In this document: piece after piece, positions 26,396-38,296 of the stretch
Numbering within the stretch: the stretch's first letter is position 1
How the letters are laid out: each line of letters begins with the position of its first letter
From: Nemertoderma westbladi
Taxonomy: Eukaryota; Animalia; Xenacoelomorpha
Reading direction: 5' to 3'
NCBI GenBank assembly: GCA_032718475.1
Contig: JAUCBJ010000001.1
Location: 63,411-127,410, forward strand
Length of the DNA stretch: 64,000 bases
Made by a program: the position numbers and the translations under genes
The notes under the pieces: model-generated
What the model was told of the DNA's origin: nothing
Seen by the model: the letters and a program-made list of their open reading frames with translations, nothing else
The model's database searches: none

Positions 26396-27556
26396 CCGTA
26401 ATTCGGGGTGACTTGATACAGCAAGTTATACTTTTTTTCTTTAACGGATTGTGGGTGATTGCGTGATGTTATGATAAAAATTGAAATATTAGAAGATGTC
26501 TAAATAAATTGTCTATCATATAGTAAAATAAATTTTGTCATTGCTTCGCATTTGTGATCACGAGAGCCAAAAATGCATTTTTCAAAAATTCACTTTTTTT
26601 TAATGTCCAAATATAGGTCGAATTTTTGACACTTTGGGTTAATGTTGTTCAAAAATTATTTTTACAGATGCTAATAGATGAGTTTGAATATTATGATCCT
26701 AAAAAAAATTTACAAATTTTCATATGAATTGGGGGTGGAGTGCCCGTTTTTTGAAAGTGTATCTTAAAATGGGGTGACTTGATACATATATACAGTATAT
26801 TGTAGGCGAAAATGTTCTGATACCTGTGACTTAAACGTTGATTTGGCAAAATTTGTGCTTAAATTCATTGATTTAGTTTGCAGTTTTTTCTAAAATGCTT
26901 TGTCTTATTTACTGGTGTCAGGATGTCACAATGCAATAAAAGTCTTTTTCGTTTTTAAACTTCAATTTAACTTGTTAATGTTAAATTTTCTAAAGTATTT
27001 TATCTTTACTTAAACCTTAAATTTGCAAAATTTGTGCTTAAATTCATTGTTTTAGTTTCCAGTTTTTTCTAAAATGTATTGTCTTACTTATTGGTGTCAG
27101 GATGTCACTATGCAATGAAGGTCTTTTTCGTTTTTAAAGTGCAATTTAACTTGTTAAATATGAAATATTTTGCCATAAAAAATGGAGTTATTTTTAATTT
27201 TAGCAATGATTTTATATCCCCGTTAGGTGGGGACTTCGTTCTTTTTTGAAAATTTCCAAGATGTATCAAGTCACCCCCACAGCCTACAACATGATCCAAA
27301 CTCATTCACAGAGTGGTATTATTGCGGAAAATTTGCTTGTGTATCAAGTCACCCCGTTATGTGGGGTGACTTGATACAGCTGGTTTTTAAGAAAAAACAC
27401 CACTAGACTAAGCACCTGGAATAGTGCTTTAGTCTAGTGGTGTAGTACTCATCCCGACTATAAAATTTTCTTTTTATTCCATCTGTGTAGGATAAAAACT
27501 TCAGAAGATATTCACAGTTAAAGTCAAAAACTGTATCAAGTCACCCCGAATTACGG
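26396..27556. mobile_element. pogo/Tc1-type MITE
   Basis: Perfect TIR CCGTAATTCGGGGTGACTTGATACAG with TA on both flanks; internal ggggtgacttgataca repeats. Confidence 0.9.
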
Positions 27557-28102
27557 TATGAGAAATGAGAAATATTTAATTTATTTAAGGATAAGGAGAA
27601 TGCAGATTTTGGAATGAAATTGTATACCTAAATAAGAAACCCATGTCAAAAAGTTCTTATTTAAGGACTTTTAGTATTTATGTGTACAATCTCGATGTCT
27701 TAAATAAGGCAAATTTAAAAAATCCCTCTTATTTAAGAACTGGTCGTTTTTTGATGCAATTTTAAAAGGCTTGTAGAAAAAAAACCGGACAGTGAAATGT
27801 TTTCTGGTTTTTTGCATTATGTTCAAGAAAGACCCAACTTTTATATTGTGAAATAAAATTATGCGGTATTTTTTCCTGAAACAAGTTCTTGCATATTATG
27901 TCGAAAAAATATCCAAAAAAGGCCCAAAAACCCCTAAATAAGAGCCATTTTCCTTAAATAAGAACCCACTTTTGGAGCTTATTTAAGGGTATGTTCCCTA
28001 CTGTAGTAGGTCAACGTCAACTGACTGTTTTTAAATGTAGATGTGATGAAGATGCGAGCGTAGCGAACACGAAAATTTTAACATTTCAGCATTTAAAGTA
28101 GG

Positions 28103-28510
28103 CAAACCGACCGACTGTTTTCAAATACAGATGTCTTTAAATTGTGAGCTGGCGAGCGTAGCAAGCACGAAAATTTTAACATTTCAGCATTTAAAGTAGG
28201 CAAACCGACTGTTTTCAAATACAGACAGACAGATGTCATTAAATTGTGAGCTGGCGAGCGTAGCGAGCACGAAAATTTTAACATTTCAGCATTTAAAGTA
28301 GGCAAACCGACTGTTTTCAAATACAGATGTCATTAAATTGTGAGCTGGCGAGCGTAGCGAGCACGGAAATTCTGCTGAATCATGCAGGCTGTCTTGGTTT
28401 GAAGAATCTGACAATTGAAAAACTTTTGAAACAAGTCATGTTTTTAATGCATAATGGTCATGCTCAATCTGTCCGTTTCCATTTGTCAACAAAGGACCAC
28501 AGCCAGACAG
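28103..28510 (+). repeat. ~400 bp direct duplication, copy 1 (contains ~85 bp gcgagcgtagcgagc subrepeats)
   Basis: Near-identical to 30601-31000 except an 8 bp acagacag insertion and a few SNPs. Confidence 0.9.
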
Positions 28511-30207
28511 CAGTCAGGGAGATCATCAATTTTGGGGTTACCCCAAATTTCGAATTCTGGTACTAGACTGTCGAAAATTGGGGTTTTTTGTTCAAATTTG
28601 AGGTATTTTTAGGCTCATAATATCGGGTGTTGCTGCGACTTAGGGAAACTGTTGGAGCAACTTCTACTTTTAATATGTTAAAATATAATGTAAAATAAGA
28701 ACTTTTATCGATGCAATAAAATATTTCACCGATGCAAACATGCTTTTATCTGTTTATTGGGGCCGAAAATTGAAATTTGAGGTTAAACCTCAAATTTGAG
28801 ACAAAACCTCAAATTTCGCCAGTCTTTACAACATCACCAGCCTGCCAGCAGTAGGGTGTAGCAGTAGGCTTTGCTGCTTAGTGCTTATAGAGCTTGGTGA
28901 GAATGGGTGACCAGTGTAACCTGTGACATGACATGTATGCAGGGCAGGGTAGGCTTAACCTTACAGTACAGCACAGCAACTTACAGTCAATAACTTTAAT
29001 GATTGTTAACTCCGTTGGGTGCCGTTAGTGATTGGTGATAAAAATGCAGAAGACTAGAGAATTTCGCTATCCTTCCTTACAGCCTTACTGTTGGTAAGAA
29101 GAACAGTAGACCAAATCCTCACTGTTGCGAGATTCAAGCTCACACAGCTGCACAGTCACAGACTCAGGAAGGCCTACTATATCTTGTAGATGTTGAATCA
29201 ATTCCAGAATTTGGTAGTTTACATATTCTGGCATTCATCGGTTCTGTTCATCATTCATATCACACATCTTAAGAAAAAAAAATGTTTTCTGGTTGTTGGA
29301 TGTCCTCTTTAAAACTTTGTATATCAAATGAAGCCATTCCTCTCCTGACAGCCTGAAGACTTATGTAATATTCGCCTGCCCTAGCTCTATCTGTCAATTG
29401 GAATACTGTACCATCATTCTTCCACAGTTTGGAGCCCATTTCTAGACAAATGTGGCCGCAAAGGTTGACGTGGTTTATACAATATATGTGGACTTGATTC
29501 TTTATTTCTATACGACTGGAGACTCTAAAGTTGGAACCACTACCTACTGCAGTACCGGTATACATCAATTAAAGTTTAATTTGATAATGTGCTTTAAACT
29601 TATACAGTTTTATGTCTGTATGTAAAGATCTAAACCTGATCCTCCATTACAACAATGTGCAACATCCTTGCAGACTATTTTAATATCCCAGCCAGACATC
29701 CAATGCAATCATTACCTGGCCATATATATAAAATTATGAAGCAAAGGCCATGCCCCGCCCATCTGCCCATGTCTGCATGTTCCATAATCCATACATCACC
29801 TCTTCTTCATCAGGGTCATTAACATATGGAACATGCTGGACCTGGGACACAGTAGAAACATCATCATCACTAATCACTATTCTATTAAACAGTCTTTAGA
29901 CTCTGCTTTCTTATCAAGACATCTGAAATGTTTTAGAAATCTAAGTGACTGTTTGTTATACTATACATACATACATCCTTTTAAATTGACCTTATGAGGA
30001 ACCAGAATCATTTATAACTTGGGCAAAAAGTATAACCTTTTTCACTAACCTATTCTCGAGGCTTTATCCATGTTATCTCATCTCTGGAGTACACCTTGCA
30101 GGCACTAAAGTTGCATTGCAACGTATTGGATGGATTTTGCTCAAATTTAGATCAAAAATTTTGATCAACACATTCAATGAAATTTTAGAAATTCCACCAA
30201 AAATATT

Positions 30208-30476
30208 TTGGCACTTGTGTCAAATCAAATAGGTGGCCCTCCTAATCTGCTAATCCTGAAATCACCAGCTAATCCTGAAATTTAGTGCAGGTGATATCAA
30301 TATTCCTAACTCTTGTTTATTGTTTTTTGGTTACTTTCAACTCACCTCTGTAACCTGCTCCTTTGCTAACCCTCTAACCGGGCACTAGTCTGCTAGTGAA
30401 AGTGACTTTAGTTTAGGTGATTTCAGGATTAGCAGATTAGGTGCTAGGAGGGTCCCCTATTTGACACAAGTGCCAA
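30208..30476. mobile_element. Short MITE
   Basis: ttggcacttgtgtcaaat...ctgctaatcctgaaatcacc is inverted at 30417-30476. Confidence 0.7.
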
Positions 30477-30600
30477 TGTTTTATTTTACTTTTTTTACCG
30501 GGAGAAAAAGTAAAATCAATGCAAAATTATGGCTCTATGGTACATTATTATGTGGCAATATTATTCAATATTATTGCAGGTTGCTGTGTTGCCGACTTTG

Positions 30601-31000
30601 CAAACCGACCGACTGTTTCCAAATACAGATGTCTTTAAATTGTGAGCTGGCGAGCGTAGCAAGCACGAAAATTTTAACATTTCAGCATTTAAAGTAGGCA
30701 AACCGACTGTTTTCAAATACAGATGTCATTAAATTGTGAGCTGGCGAGCGTAGCGAACACGAAAATTTTAACATTTCAGCATTTAAAGTAGGCAAACCGA
30801 CTGTTTTCAAATACAGATGTCATTAAATTGTGAGCTGGCGAGCGTAGCGAGCACGGAAATTCTGCTGAATCATGCAGGCTGTCTTGGTTTGAAGAATCTG
30901 ACAATTGAAAAACTTTTGAAACAAGTCATGTTTTTAATGCATAATGGTCATGCTCAATCTGTCCGTTTCCATTTGTCAACAAAGGACCACAGCCAGACAG
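30601..31000 (+). repeat. ~400 bp direct duplication, copy 2
   Basis: Matches 28103-28510. Confidence 0.9.
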
Positions 31001-31437
31001 TGGACAGTGCTAAGAGTAGGCTTAGGCCTACAGTATAAACGCGAGCGAAGCGAGCGGACATTTTTCAATCTTTTTAAACCTATGGAATAATTTCAAATAG
31101 AGATGTAGAGCTGTAGAGTGGGATGTGTTGCCAGTGCAGCAGTGCACTCGCGCTAAGCTATGTCGTCAGATCGTACCCTAACCCTACATCCATATTCGCT
31201 GAGATCAGCCATGCATTGAGCGGGGGCTGATCTAGCTGTCTAGCAGTCAGAGAGTAGGCCCCTATTACAACACAATCTTGAGTTTTAATGCAGCCTTTTG
31301 TGTTCAAAAAACACAAAAAACGGTCCCAAGCCCGCAAAATTGCAGAGGGAGAACTCAATAAAGTTGCAGATAGACAGATAGAGGCGTACATACAGACAGA
31401 CATACATAGCCTACATAATGTAGCGTACAGTCTATCC

Positions 31438-32694
31438 TAGGGCTCAACAGAAGCTTCGGCTTCGGTTCGGTTCGGGCCGAAGTTGGGCAATTTCGGTTCG
31501 GTTCGGCTTCTGCAATTGATACTGCAGAAGCCCGGAGCAAACTTTGCTAAATATTCAAAGTATTACATTGACTGATTGAGCTAAGACCATACGTCCTCCC
31601 TACTTCATGTAGAACCTTTCAGTAGTTACTCACATATTTGTAGATAATAAAGTCTATGATAAAATATAATATAATAGTGCCTGGTGGTATTGTGTTTTGT
31701 GGTACTCTGGTATTTCAGTATTTTCGGTGTCTGCACCAGTGTTTGCACCACTGTCTGCACCACTGTCTGCACCACTGTCTGCATCACTGTCTGCACCAGT
31801 ATCTGCACCACTGTCTGGACCATTGTCTGCACCACTGCCTGCACCACTGTCTGCACCACTGTCCGCACCAGTGTCTGCACCACTGTCCACACCAGGTGTC
31901 TGAACCACTGTCTGTACCACTGTCTGCACCACTGTCTGCACCAGTGTCTGCACCAGTGTCTGCACCGCTGTCTGCACGATGCACCACTGTTTGCACCACT
32001 GTCCGCACCAGGTGTCTGCACCACTGTCTGCTTAACGTTTACACCCTTAATTGTGGACTGAACTTCCATTTAAAAAATGGCATTATTTTTTTAATCGTTG
32101 CCAGTTTACTTGGCTGCTTGGGTAGTTTCAAAATCAGCTTAATTATACAGTAGTTTAGGTTAGGCTAAATATTGCATTTTACTTTGTAGTAGGCCTACCT
32201 ATTTTTTAATTAATCATAACTTTGATACATAATACCAAATATACCTACTACCTCATATAAATAGTATTACAAAGACTACCTGTACTTTTAGTGAGGTTTT
32301 CTAAATTTGATGTCACTACTGACTACTGTACGGCTTACTACGGGTGAAAATGTGGTGCATACAGTAAGTGCATGCATACAGTGAGTATACACTAGTTTAG
32401 GTTAGTAATGTACAGTCAGACAGTAATGTATATATCTGAATATTGCCATTTCATTTTGTAGTACTTATTTTTTTAATTAATCATAGCTTTCTCGCTAAGT
32501 CCGCAGACCAAATAGGTACCAGTCTGCCACTGGCAGTCAGCCAGTGCCCAGTATAGTGACGTAAATACGAATTTATGACCATAACTTGCTAACTTTCTGA
32601 ACTTCGGTTCGGATTCGGTTCGGTTCGGCCCGAAGTTGGCCCTGCTTCGGTTCGGTTCGGTTCGGCACCAGAAAGTGCCTTCTGTTGAACCCTA
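31438..32694. mobile_element. hAT-type MITE
   Basis: TIR TAGGG(C/T)TCAACAGAAG, ttcgg subterminal repeats, perfect 8 bp TSD gtctatcc (31430-31437, 32695-32702). Confidence 0.9.
31728..32030. repeat. 12 bp minisatellite (ctgcaccactgt)n inside the hAT MITE
   Basis: ~25 copies visible. Confidence 0.95.
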
Positions 32695-33975
32695 GTCTAT
32701 CCTTCAGTATATGGGCTACTTTAAGACTAAGACAGTATGACCTAAATTTTGAGTCTCAGTTATAGGAGTTTTATCTACCCACTGCATAGTTGTAAAAGCT
32801 TTTGCGGATATAACAAGTCATTTTTGTCCGCAATATACTGTGTAGGTGTTTTAGCGGACATAACAAGACATTTCTCCGCAATGTATATACCGTGAAGGTG
32901 TTTTAGCGGATATAACAAGCCATTTTCTCCGCAATGCGCTTAATACTCTAAAGACTGTAACTCAGATGACGAAATCTGTCAGCTGGTTTACTGTACACGT
33001 GGAGCCTCTCTTTGTTCAGCTCGCTCAGCTCAGCCAATCAGAGCGATTTTCATTTTATCTTGTACAGAGGCCTACGGGAAATCGCGCAATGCATTACGGT
33101 CTTTGTTTACCTTTCTGAGTGAGAACAACTGCTTGGAAATTCTTCTGTACTTCTGTGTTGGAAGTTTCAGACTTTGACCTAAACATCAGAAACATCAGAT
33201 GGCTTTGATTACAAGAATGTAAAACTATTAACTGAATCATTGCTGAATCATACTTCATATCTGAATCACTGAAACATCGCGGCACTACGCAACGCGATTC
33301 AACTACCGCATCACACCGCAATTCATGCATTGCTGCACATGGAACACTGCATAAGTAACACATACTGACTGTTCACCGCATTATTTGATTCTGTTATTAA
33401 TTGGTGTTATGTTGGTATATATTGCTGATATATTTGGAGAATACCGATGAATAATCATAAAACCCCAATCTTCTTGATTACTAAAGGTTAGAGGAACAGG
33501 TTTACCGGTAGCAACTGCGACTTACATTATAGTGGTTTGTTTTTGTGTGAATTGAATGCTATTTCATAATCCCTACATGTGTCAGTTGCGATCCTCCTTA
33601 TATATGATCAAATTCAGTGACGGTCGGCAGATCAGTGCGCAGTAGTGTGAACTAGTGTGAAGTCGTGTGAAGTAGTGTGAAGGTTAATAAAGCATCTCCT
33701 AAAGAATGCGCTTTTTACGAAACTCAGTAGCCATCCAGTTGTGATTAGTATAAGTCATAACTCTGTTTTATACTTAAAGCGCCACGTCCTAAAGGAACTG
33801 TTAATATTTCCCCGAAAGTAAATATATTGTCAGAGATTATATATTAACGATCAATCGAATAATACAGTAGGTCTACACTGCAATCACTATCAAAGCATCC
33901 GAATCCAGTCTCCCTTAACTGTGGGTGAATGGTCGCGCACAGGCTGGCTTCGGCTGATGTAACTTCAGTACATTA

Positions 33976-34279
33976 TGTAATGTTCTATATTTATGTAGAC
34001 AAGAATTAACCAAATAATTAAAGAATATAATATTACTTAAATTCAGATTAGGCCTATATATTAACAGTAGTTTTAAATGATAATAAATTAAATTAGACAG
34101 AAATAATACAAATTGATTGCATAAGTTATCTAAGTATATCAACCAGTCACCATATAGGTTAAATTAACGGCTGACTGACTAAAGGTCATTCAAACATAAC
34201 AAGAGTAATGAGTTTGTAATGACATTAACAGATTGCCAATTAGATGATTGATTGAGATGGTTTAATGTTTTGTTCTACA
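33976..34279 (-). repeat. 3' LTR (304 bp)
   Basis: By eye identical to 38507-38804 except a GGCCTA insertion at 34051-34056 and one substitution near 34273. Confidence 0.95.
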
Positions 34280-34284
34280 TGACA

Positions 34285-34295
34285 CCCTTCCTTTT
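34285..34295 (-). other. Polypurine tract
   Basis: AAAAGGAAGGG just upstream of the 3' LTR on the - strand. Confidence 0.75.
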
Positions 34296-34307
34296 AAAGC
34301 GGAGCAT

Positions 34308-37300
34308 TCATTGTGAATAATGATAAGTTTTTGTAGTAAGGAAAAATGTGACATGACGACGTTTACTTCTTTTGATTTTCGTTGAGAGAATGTCTTCTTG
34401 AATACACATTGTATCTCCAAACTTAATGGCTGGCTTTATTCGATCAACTGATACACGGATTTCATTTCCATTCTGTAATATCACAACTGTTTTATCATTG
34501 CGATTGATGACCTTATAAGGACCTTGGTAAGGTCGTTGGAGTGACGATTGCCGAATCTCCCGCCGAAGCCATACATGAGACGCTTCGGACAGGTCTTTGG
34601 GAACATAATGTGGTTTATTGTGTAGTCGTTCTGGTGGAATGAAATTTTTCATCTTATTGAATAGTTTGTCAACAAAGGAACTATTGGGTAGGTGATGTTG
34701 TGGTTCTATATTCAAGAAATACTCAGACGGTAAGGAGATTTCTGAGCCATATACAAGTTGTGATGGCGAGTATCCATGTTCACCAATTGTTGATCTGAGT
34801 CCAAGCAATACTAATGGCAAAGCGTCATACCAGTTGGAATTAGTGCAAACCGCACGTAATGCATTCTTTAGTTGGCGATGAAATCTTTCAACAGCCCCAT
34901 TGCAGGCTGGGTGGTATGACGTTGTTCGTTTTCTTTCTATTCCTAGTCTCTCCATTAAACAACTCCAAAGAGATGATTGGAATTGTGCTCCTCTGTCGCT
35001 TATGATGATTCGAGGTACTCCAAAGCGTGAGATCCATGCACGAATTAATGCGCCGGCTACAGTTTCTGTTGTTATATTACAAATTGGAATAACTTCCATC
35101 CAATGAGTAAAACGATCAACAATGGTTACTAAATATTTATATCCACGGGATGATGGAAGAGGACCAACTATGTCTATATGCAGTGTGTAAAATCGAGATG
35201 TTGTAGGAATAGTTTGAACCGGTGATTTTGTATGCAGAGTTATTTTAGAGGATTGACAATCCAAACATTCTTTAGCCCATTTAGTAACTTCCTTGTTAAT
35301 GCCGGGCCAAATATATCTTTCCTTCATCATCTTTACTGATGCCTTTGGTCCTGGGTGAGACAAGTCGTGAAGTTGTCTGAATGTTTTATAACGTAGTTGT
35401 ATTGGTATGTATGGACGAAGTTGATTAGTAGAATCATCACACCAGAGTATATTTTTACCTATAGATAATTTTTTTAGGGGCAGACTTGTGTTTTTGAAGA
35501 AGACTTGAAGGCTAGGATCATTTGCTTGTTCTTTAGCAAGCGATTCATCAGCATCAGTGATGATGCTAAGATTATGGAGTTTGTTTGTTTCGGTGTATTC
35601 TATTGCATCAGAAGTGTGTTCAACCTCAGCCTCTGGGCGAGAAAAGGCATCCGCAACCAAGTTTTCTGATCCTCGTATATAATGTATAGTGCAATTATGC
35701 TCTGAAATGAACGACAACCAACGAGTTTGTTGCGGTGTAGGGGTTTTCATCACCATGGCATTGACCAGGGGTTTATGATCCGTTTGTATTTTAAATTCCA
35801 ATCCAAGTAGCCAAGGAAAATGTTTTAGAGAAAGATAAACGGCCAGGAGTTCTCTGTCAAAAGTTGATTTTTTACTTTCCAAAGCCGTGAGTTTGCGAGA
35901 GAAGAAAGCAAGTGGACTGCTGTCATTGTCAATCACTTGAGTAACAACTGCTCCTACTGCTTTATCAGATGCATCTGTTGTCAAAACGATTGTTGCGTTT
36001 ACTTTTGGAAAAGCCAGAGTTACAGCATTGCTTATCGCAGTTTTTAGCTTTAAAAATGCAGTATTTGCATCCTCTGACCAAGACAATTGAGAATGTTTTG
36101 ATGTGCAATGTTGGGTCATGTCTGTCAATAAAGCTGCTGTATGTGAAAAATGTGGGATAAAACGATGGTAATATCCTGACATTCCCAAGAACCGTTTCAA
36201 GCCTTTTAATGTAGTGGGTCGCGGGAAGTTTTTTATTGCCTCTATCTTGCTCTCGGTAGGTTGTGTACCATTCTTAGACACCAAAACGCCCAAGAATTCA
36301 ACGTTCTCACAGAAGAATTTGCATTTACTAATTTTTACTTTAAGACCATTTTCAGTTAATCTTTGCAATACAAGACGTAGATGTTGAAAATGGGTTTCGA
36401 TATCTTTACTGCCAATTATGATATCATCGATGTATACCACTGCGAAATCAAAGTCAATAATTATGTCTAACAGGCGCTGGAACGTTTGACTTGCGTTTTT
36501 CATACCATAAGGCATGCGCTTATAAAGGAAGAGCCCAAAGGGTGTTATTATAGCTGTCTTAAGAATGTCCTGCTCTGCCACTGGTACCTGATGAAATGCA
36601 GAAATTAAATCTATCTTTGAAAATACCGTCCACCCATAAAATCCGTTCAAAATATCCGCTGATTTAGGCATTGGGTAACGATCTGGCTGTGTCTGTTTGT
36701 TTAGCATACGATAATCTCCACAACATCTGAGAGATTTATCTGGCTTTGTGACTATATGTAAGGGAGTAGCCCATGGTGATTCACCACGAACTATAATGCC
36801 TTTCCGTTCCATTTCAGCGAATTCTCTCTTTGCTGCTTCCAGCCTTGCCCCTTGCAAAGGCCGTGCTTTCGAATAACATGGCGGTCCATTAGTGACAATG
36901 TGATGTTTAACAGGATGGGTAATAGGTCTAGTGTTATCTACAGAAGTGAATAAATCCTTATGTTCCAACAACAAACATTTCAGTCGTTCATTGTTGTGGT
37001 TAGTTAAAATTTCTGATTTTATGTAATTAAGAGTGAACGTTTTGTTTATGTAGTTTGTTGTAAATTGTTTGCCATCACTCTGTGAAGTTGAACTTGTAAA
37101 GAATAAAGAACTGTTATTGCAGTTTATACCAATACCATTTGACCTAAGAAAGTCCATGCCCAATATTGGTTGTGATACATCACCTAAAATGAATGACCAC
37201 TTGAATGTTTTGTTTAGGGAAGGAATTGTAAATGTAACATCAGCTAATCCTCGAGTGCTGATGTCAGTTCCATTTGCCGCTATCAGTTTGATTGGTGAAC

Positions 37301-37406
37301 TGGCGTTTGCAGTTATTTTATAAGTAATTGGAAGAACTGACCAATCGCTTCCAGTGTCAACTAAAAATGTACCAATCTCTGGTGCGGCAATGTATATTGC
37401 ATTCAC
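34308..37406 (-). CDS. pol: Ty3/gypsy pol (protease, RT, RNase H, integrase)
   Basis: FLVDTGS; YRMLN, YIDDII; TTDAS; HDLSH..CLDC, HIDIVG/ISDRG/VERFHR, PYQGPYKV; open for 1032 aa and in the -1 frame relative to gag. Confidence 0.95.
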   Translation of the reverse strand: MNAIYIAAPEIGTFLVDTGSDWSVLPITYKITANASSPIKLIAANGTDISTRGLADVTFTIPSLNKTFKWSFILGDVSQPILGMDFLRSNGIGINCNNSSLFFTSSTSQSDGKQFTTNYINKTFTLNYIKSEILTNHNNERLKCLLLEHKDLFTSVDNTRPITHPVKHHIVTNGPPCYSKARPLQGARLEAAKREFAEMERKGIIVRGESPWATPLHIVTKPDKSLRCCGDYRMLNKQTQPDRYPMPKSADILNGFYGWTVFSKIDLISAFHQVPVAEQDILKTAIITPFGLFLYKRMPYGMKNASQTFQRLLDIIIDFDFAVVYIDDIIIGSKDIETHFQHLRLVLQRLTENGLKVKISKCKFFCENVEFLGVLVSKNGTQPTESKIEAIKNFPRPTTLKGLKRFLGMSGYYHRFIPHFSHTAALLTDMTQHCTSKHSQLSWSEDANTAFLKLKTAISNAVTLAFPKVNATIVLTTDASDKAVGAVVTQVIDNDSSPLAFFSRKLTALESKKSTFDRELLAVYLSLKHFPWLLGLEFKIQTDHKPLVNAMVMKTPTPQQTRWLSFISEHNCTIHYIRGSENLVADAFSRPEAEVEHTSDAIEYTETNKLHNLSIITDADESLAKEQANDPSLQVFFKNTSLPLKKLSIGKNILWCDDSTNQLRPYIPIQLRYKTFRQLHDLSHPGPKASVKMMKERYIWPGINKEVTKWAKECLDCQSSKITLHTKSPVQTIPTTSRFYTLHIDIVGPLPSSRGYKYLVTIVDRFTHWMEVIPICNITTETVAGALIRAWISRFGVPRIIISDRGAQFQSSLWSCLMERLGIERKRTTSYHPACNGAVERFHRQLKNALRAVCTNSNWYDALPLVLLGLRSTIGEHGYSPSQLVYGSEISLPSEYFLNIEPQHHLPNSSFVDKLFNKMKNFIPPERLHNKPHYVPKDLSEASHVWLRREIRQSSLQRPYQGPYKVINRNDKTVVILQNGNEIRVSVDRIKPAIKFGDTMCIQEDILSTKIKRSKRRHVTFFLTTKTYHYSQ

Positions 37407-37448
37407 CTCAGCTGCATCCGCATTTAAGCTGAGGTGGTATCATTTCCC
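37383..37448 (-). promoter_or_regulatory. -1 programmed ribosomal frameshift signal (slippery heptamer + stem/pseudoknot)
   Basis: G GGA AAT in the gag frame (37448-37442), 5 nt spacer, 10 bp stem CACCTCAGCT/AGCTGAGGTG; loop TGCGG can pair with downstream CCGCA. Confidence 0.8.
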
Positions 37449-38296
37449 TGAGCCGTAACTTTATACCTGTTTCCACTTACCCATGTACATGGAGCTTGAC
37501 ATTTCTGAGCTTGATGTCCAAATCGGAAATGGTAGAAACATAGTGGACCTTTGGGATTAAATGACTTTGATCTGGAACGGTCTCTAGGGTTTGATCTGCT
37601 TCTCCTTTCTGGAGAACGAGATCTTTGCCATTCATTTGATTTAGGTTCTGCTCTCATTGCTCTTATTTCCGCAGTAAGTTGGTCAATTTGATTTGCCATT
37701 TTGCTTTGTGTTTCTCGCAACAGTACTATTTCCGAATTATCTGTAATAGCGCATGTGTTTCTGGTTGATTTCATACTTGACTGCTCTATCATTTTGTCTG
37801 CTATAGTGGCTAACTTGTCTACACTAAGTTCAGATAATGACACAAGAACCAATCGAATTGGTTCTGGAAGGATTTCCAAAAAACGTATCCTAACAACATT
37901 TTCACTTCCTGGTGCGAGACGTTGGAGGTGACGCAGGGCTGCTGATGGCTTGCGATCGCCAAGATTTTGCTCACCAAGTAATGTGTGTAGCCTACGGTCA
38001 TCACTGTCAGCCAGATGTCTAACAACATCTGCCTTAATTTCTTCATATGAATTTTCAAGATTCACACCACTTTCTAATATAGTGTCTGTTGGAAGCACTG
38101 CTAGTAGACTCAGCTTCTTATTACGTGGTGATTGCATTACTAGTAGTTGTTCAACTTGAGTAAACCAAATTCTTGGATCCTTTTGGTAGAACTCAGGTAG
38201 TTTGATGCGTTTTTCTTTTTCTACATTTGCTGTTTCATTTGAAGGATTGTCATCAGCGAAGCAAGTAATGTAAAGCAAGTAATACTGCTGATTCAT
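37424..38296 (-). CDS. gag: Ty3/gypsy gag
   Basis: IKLPEFYQKDPRIWFTQVE, LGDRKPS and a C-terminal CFYHFRFGHQAQKCQAPC knuckle; start codon uncertain. Confidence 0.9.
   Translation of the reverse strand: MNQQYYLLYITCFADDNPSNETANVEKEKRIKLPEFYQKDPRIWFTQVEQLLVMQSPRNKKLSLLAVLPTDTILESGVNLENSYEEIKADVVRHLADSDDRRLHTLLGEQNLGDRKPSAALRHLQRLAPGSENVVRIRFLEILPEPIRLVLVSLSELSVDKLATIADKMIEQSSMKSTRNTCAITDNSEIVLLRETQSKMANQIDQLTAEIRAMRAEPKSNEWQRSRSPERRSRSNPRDRSRSKSFNPKGPLCFYHFRFGHQAQKCQAPCTWVSGNRYKVTAQGNDTTSA

Larger units (their letters stand above)
14631..28003. mobile_element. Tc1/mariner-type non-autonomous element with ~430 bp TIRs, expanded by nested insertions
   Basis: Left arm 14631-14703 + 23029-23390 is inverted at 27570-28003; termini CA(G)TAGGGAACA / TGTTCCCTACTG flanked by TA. 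Confidence 0.8.

Noticed and set aside
28103-31000. Possible LTR element
   Set aside because: The direct repeats lack TG..CA ends, TSD, PBS and PPT
31626-32153. Repetitive ORFs on both strands (QTVV, CLHH, GADS)
   Set aside because: Translation of the 12 bp minisatellite inside a MITE
33915-34142. ORF duplicated at 38416-38667
   Set aside because: Incidental ORF within the two LTRs
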